From positions 1,824,001 through 1,888,000 of the forward strand of contig CP143273.1 of assembly GCA_051013385.1 (NCBI GenBank): DNA of 64,000 nucleotides, written 5' to 3'. The position numbers and the translations under genes were made by a program. Below, piece by piece: positions 59,742-64,000 of this stretch. The notes beneath the pieces are model-generated. The model had not been told where the DNA came from, did no database searches, and was given only the letters and a program-made list of their open reading frames with translations. This stretch comes from Phormidium sp. (GTDB lineage: Bacteria; Cyanobacteriota; Cyanobacteriia; Cyanobacteriales; Aerosakkonemataceae). The stretch's first letter is position 1. Every line of letters starts with the position of its first letter.

Positions 59742-62700
59742 ATGAGAATTCGCCTTTTACCCTACATAGCAGCATTATCAGCAGGAATGGTAGTTCTAGC
59801 TGGTGTTTGGATTATCGATCGCTCAGAAGGAAAGCGTTTCCGAGAAAGTAATCGCGCCGATGTGTTGCATCAACTGAGCACTGTCCGCGCCAAATTAGAA
59901 GGCGCTTTAAACTCCCGATTATTTCTGGCGCGAGGGTTAGTCGCTTATGTTTCCAATCATCCAGAAATTGACCAAGCAGAATTTGAACGCCTTGCCAAAG
60001 TGTTAGTTTCGCAACAAACTGGCATTGGGAGTGTGGCATTGTACAGAGATTCGATCGTAACTCACATTTACCCATTCAAAGGTCATGAAGCAGCGATCGG
60101 ATTCGATCCTTCATCAGTACCCGAAGAACGAGAGGCGATTCAACGAGCAATTAACAGCAGAAAAACCGTAATTGCAGGGCCAGTAAACTTAGTAGAAGGG
60201 GGTGTAGGTTTTATCAATCGCACTCCCATTTTTCTTTCACCCCCCAACGAACCCCCGGAAAGTGGAAGATATTGGGGATTAGCAGGTGTAATCGTGGACA
60301 GAGACACGATTTTTCAAGAAGCAGGACTGATAAATTCGGGAAATCAACCAAAAAATCTTCCCCAATCTCATCAACAAGTGGAATTTGCTTTGCGGGGAAA
60401 AGATGGATTAGGGGAACAAGGGGAAATATTTTTCGGTAATGGCGCAATTTTTCGCAAAAATCCGGTAATTTTAGAAGTAAAATTGCCCAATGGTTACTGG
60501 CAAGTAGCAGCAATACCTGTGGGTGGTTGGTCAAAACAAGCGCCAATTTCCCAATGGTTGCGAATTGGTGGCGGAATTTCAGCTTTATTAACTGGTATTT
60601 TGGTGTATATTTGGGTGCGATCGCCAGAACATTTACGCCGAGCAGTACAAAAAGCCACGATCGCTTTAAAAGAATCAGAAACTAAATATCGGGAATTAGT
60701 TCAAAATGCCAACAGCATAATTTTAAAGCTAGATCCCCAAGGGAATATCACCTTTTTTAATGAATTTGCTCAAGGTTTCTTTGGGTATTCAGAACAGCAA
60801 ATTATTGGCAGAAATATAGTCGGAACCATAGTTCCCTTTACTGGCAGTTCAGGTCAAGATTTAGCAGGCTTAATTAAGCAAATTTTCCTATCTCCTGAGA
60901 TCTACAAACATCAAGAAAACGAAAATATTCGCAGCAATGGAGAAAGAGTGTGGATAGCTTGGCAAAATAAAGCTTTATTCGATCGAGATGGTAATTTTAC
61001 AGGATTGCTTTGTATTGGTACAGATATTAGCGATCGCAAACAAGCCGAAGAAGCCTTAAGAGCTTCCCAAAAAATGTTGCGGTTGGTGATGGATAATATT
61101 CCCCAAGCTATCTTTTGGAAAGACCTTAACTCAGTTTATCAAGGTTGTAATCAAAAGTTTATCGAAGATGTGGGTTTAGGAGAGCCATCCGCAGTTATTG
61201 GGAAAACTGAGTATGATTTTTGTGAAAGTGAAACCCAAGCGGAATTTTTACGAGCGATCGATCGACAAGTGATGGAAAGTAATACTCAAGTCACTCAATA
61301 TTGTGAGTATTTTCACTTCATAAATGGTCGAAAAGCTTGGTTAGAAACTAGTAAAATTCCCCTGCATGATGCTGCGGGAAATGTAGTCGGAATTTTAGTA
61401 ACTTATGAAGACATTACTGAGCGCAAACGCACCGAAGAAGCCTTGCGGGAAAGTGAAAATAAATTCCGCTTATTATTTGAACAGTCAGGAGACGCAATCC
61501 TGTTATTACAAAATGATAAATTTATCGACTGTAACCAAGCCGCACAAGAAATGATTGGTGCTAGCGGCAAGGAACAATTATTAAATTTACATCCGGCTCA
61601 ATTATCACCTGAAAAACAACCAGATGGTAGCTACTCTTTAAACAAAGCTAACGAAAATAATGCCTTAGCAATTAGTAGAGGAAACTGGAGATTTGAATGG
61701 ATACATCAACGATTAGATGGCTCACAATTTCCCGTAGAAGTATTACTCACCGCTATTCCCTTACAAGGTGAAAAAATCCTTCATGTAGTTTGGCGCGATA
61801 TCACCGAACGCAAACGTGCTGAAGAAAATTTAAAAGCAAGTGAAAGACGCTTACGCAGACAAAGTACCGCTCTTTTAGAATTAGCAACTAACAGCAAACT
61901 TACCTGCGGTGATTTAGTAGAAGTAATTCAAGAAATTACCGAAACAGCAGCTAAAACATTGGAGTTAGAAAGAGCCAGCGTTTGGTTGTATAAACCAGAG
62001 AAAACCGGAATTATTTGCTTGGATTTGTATGAGCAAAGTAGCGATCGCCACTCTTCAGGAATAGAATTATTATCCATAGACTACCCCAACTATTTCCAAG
62101 CATTACACACTCAACGAATTATCACCGTTCATCATGCTCATAAAGACTCTAGAACCAATGAACTTTATGATAATTATCTCAATCCTTCAGGGATTATTTC
62201 CATGTTAGATGCACCAATTAGATTAAGTGGAGAAATGATTGGTGTAATCAGCCATGAACATACCGAAACAGCACGTTATTGGACTTTAGACGAAGAGAAC
62301 TTTGCCGCCTCTTTAGCCGATTTTGTAGCCTTAGCAATGGAAGGGGTAGAACGTCGCCGCGCTCAACAAGCACTTTTAAAAGCTAACGAAGAATTAGAAA
62401 ATCGGGTGGAAGAAAGAACAGCAGCTTTAAAAGCAGCAAATCATCAATTAATAGAAGAAATTCGCCAAAGGAAACAATCAGAATTAGCATTAAGCCAAGC
62501 CGAAGAAAAGTATCGCACAATATTTGAAAATGCCGTAGAAGGAATTTTCCAAACCTCAGTAGATGGACGTTACTTAAGTGCTAATCCAGCATTAGCCAGA
62601 TTATACGGTTACAATTCTCCCGAAGAATTGATGAATAATATCCAAAACGTTGAACAGCAACTTTATGTCGAGCCACAGCAGAGAGCAAAGTTTATTCAAT

Positions 62701-63518
62701 TAATCGAAGAACATAACAATGTATTTGGGTTTGAATCGCAAGTTTATCGTCAAGATGGAAAGATTATTTGGGTTTCCGAAAATACTCGTGCAGTTCGGGA
62801 TGAGCAAGGAAAAATACTGTATTATGAAGGGACAATCGAAGATATTACCAACCGGAAAACAACCGAAGAAGCACTACGTTACCAACAAGAACAAACCGAA
62901 AAATTACTGTTAAACATCTTACCACAACCGATCGCCGAACGCCTACGAAGAGAAGAAAGCACGATCGCAGATATTTTTAAAGAAGCCACAGTTCTATTTG
63001 CCGATATAGTCGGATTTACCGAACTTTCAGCGAACATTTCCCCAGTAGAACTAATAGAAATGCTCAACGAAATATTCTCCACTTTTGATGAACTAACCGA
63101 AGAACACGGCTTAGAAAAAATAAAAACCATTGGCGACGCTTACATGGTAGTTGGAGGATTACCAATACCCCGCAAAGATCATGCTCATGCGATCGCAGAA
63201 ATGGCATTAGATATGAAAACACAGATCGATCGTTTCAACCGGGAAAGCGGACAAAACGTCCAACTGCGCGTAGGCATAAATACAGGCCCCGTCATCGCAG
63301 GCGTAATCGGCATTAAAAAATTCATCTACGACTTATGGGGCGACACAGTAAACACCGCCAGTCGCATGGAATCGCACGGTTTAGCCGGACAAATTCAAGT
63401 CACAACCACAACCTACGAACTACTCCGAGATAAATACCACTTCCAAAAACGAGGTAACATCCCCATCAAAGGCAAAGGAGAAATGACAACCTATCTGCTT
63501 ACAGGGAGAATGCTTTAA
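59742..63518 (+). CDS. CHASE-PAS-GAF adenylate cyclase (class III)
   Basis: TM-CHASE-TM, PAS x3, GAF, PAS, FADIVGFT, KIKTIGDAYM, YDLWGDTVNTASRMES. Confidence 0.93.
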   Translation: MRIRLLPYIAALSAGMVVLAGVWIIDRSEGKRFRESNRADVLHQLSTVRAKLEGALNSRLFLARGLVAYVSNHPEIDQAEFERLAKVLVSQQTGIGSVALYRDSIVTHIYPFKGHEAAIGFDPSSVPEEREAIQRAINSRKTVIAGPVNLVEGGVGFINRTPIFLSPPNEPPESGRYWGLAGVIVDRDTIFQEAGLINSGNQPKNLPQSHQQVEFALRGKDGLGEQGEIFFGNGAIFRKNPVILEVKLPNGYWQVAAIPVGGWSKQAPISQWLRIGGGISALLTGILVYIWVRSPEHLRRAVQKATIALKESETKYRELVQNANSIILKLDPQGNITFFNEFAQGFFGYSEQQIIGRNIVGTIVPFTGSSGQDLAGLIKQIFLSPEIYKHQENENIRSNGERVWIAWQNKALFDRDGNFTGLLCIGTDISDRKQAEEALRASQKMLRLVMDNIPQAIFWKDLNSVYQGCNQKFIEDVGLGEPSAVIGKTEYDFCESETQAEFLRAIDRQVMESNTQVTQYCEYFHFINGRKAWLETSKIPLHDAAGNVVGILVTYEDITERKRTEEALRESENKFRLLFEQSGDAILLLQNDKFIDCNQAAQEMIGASGKEQLLNLHPAQLSPEKQPDGSYSLNKANENNALAISRGNWRFEWIHQRLDGSQFPVEVLLTAIPLQGEKILHVVWRDITERKRAEENLKASERRLRRQSTALLELATNSKLTCGDLVEVIQEITETAAKTLELERASVWLYKPEKTGIICLDLYEQSSDRHSSGIELLSIDYPNYFQALHTQRIITVHHAHKDSRTNELYDNYLNPSGIISMLDAPIRLSGEMIGVISHEHTETARYWTLDEENFAASLADFVALAMEGVERRRAQQALLKANEELENRVEERTAALKAANHQLIEEIRQRKQSELALSQAEEKYRTIFENAVEGIFQTSVDGRYLSANPALARLYGYNSPEELMNNIQNVEQQLYVEPQQRAKFIQLIEEHNNVFGFESQVYRQDGKIIWVSENTRAVRDEQGKILYYEGTIEDITNRKTTEEALRYQQEQTEKLLLNILPQPIAERLRREESTIADIFKEATVLFADIVGFTELSANISPVELIEMLNEIFSTFDELTEEHGLEKIKTIGDAYMVVGGLPIPRKDHAHAIAEMALDMKTQIDRFNRESGQNVQLRVGINTGPVIAGVIGIKKFIYDLWGDTVNTASRMESHGLAGQIQVTTTTYELLRDKYHFQKRGNIPIKGKGEMTTYLLTGRML

Positions 63519-63604
63519 GTTTTGAGTTTTGAGTGTTGAGTTTTGAGTTTTGAGTTAGAAAGAAACTTTAGAGTTTTGAATTTTACTTAGATAAGTTGAT
63601 TCGC

Positions 63605-63646
63605 TGAACCAAGAATCCCCATCCCCTTGTGGGTGGGGAGCTTCAA
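63605..63646 (+). mobile_element. IS200/IS605-type end remnant (short non-autonomous element)
   Basis: AAGAATCCCCATCCCCTTGTGGGTGGGGAGCTTCAA: GAATCCCC hairpin ending in TCAA. Confidence 0.5.
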
Positions 63647-63779
63647 CCAGGAGTCCCCTGCTCCGAGAGCTCCGAGAACCCATCTGGAAAAAAATTTCTG
63701 GCAACCCGAATGAGGTACTGAGATTCTAAGACTATAATCTTGACATAATCAGTAAACTATTGACGCAATTTGAATTCTC

Positions 63780-64000
63780 ATGGGCAAGGTTCTGGTGTTA
63801 AATGCCTCTTACGAACCGCTCAACATCACCAACTGGCGACGGGCGGTTGTTCTATTGATCAAAGGTAAAGCAGAGCAAGTCGAACACAATGGGAAATACA
63901 TTTATGCGGAATTTCCCTTACCAACTGTGATTCGGCTGCGTCATTACGTCCGGGTTCCCTACAAAGATATTCCCCTGACCAGACGTAATATATTGCACCG
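63780..64000 (+). CDS. HNH endonuclease (McrA-like), partial
   Basis: Hand translation MGKVLVLNASYEPLNITNWRRAVVLLIKGKAE...PTVIRLRHYVRVPY. Confidence 0.88.
   Translation, partial: MGKVLVLNASYEPLNITNWRRAVVLLIKGKAEQVEHNGKYIYAEFPLPTVIRLRHYVRVPYKDIPLTRRNILH

Overview
Cyanobacterial chromosomal window, probably from a filamentous Oscillatoriales-like organism (abundant HIP1 GCGATCGC, STRR-type heptamers, GTAG...CTAC REP-like palindromes, chlB). Housekeeping and signalling genes include pgl, chlB, rph, an adk-like kinase, sfsA, murJ, moaC, alr, a sucrose-phosphate-synthase-like GT4, FHA proteins, three histidine kinases, two adenylate cyclases, tRNA-Arg(ACG) and tRNA-Ser(GCT). Accessory blocks: (i) a ~6 kb string of small toxin-antitoxin, nuclease and phage-like genes at 8.9-15.1 kb whose junctions carry HIP1-centred motifs, one gene having a predicted cis-antisense RNA; (ii) an AT-rich three-gene operon with two paralogous TRAFAC-like GTPases and a membrane-anchored partner (17.9-21.4 kb); (iii) an MtrA-like/archaeal-type thymidylate synthase/DUF4346 fusion coupled to dCMP deaminase; (iv) a 2.6 kb ABC-ATPase + DUF4276 + micro-ORF segment bracketed by a duplicated gene 5' end; (v) two convergent Rpn genes with putative internal starts; (vi) an IS607 element whose TnpB lacks the canonical RuvC-III Asp and the zinc finger. 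Also present are a ~480 bp heptamer array and a TA-flanked MITE. No CRISPR array or rRNA was seen. All family calls are by motif recognition, not database search.
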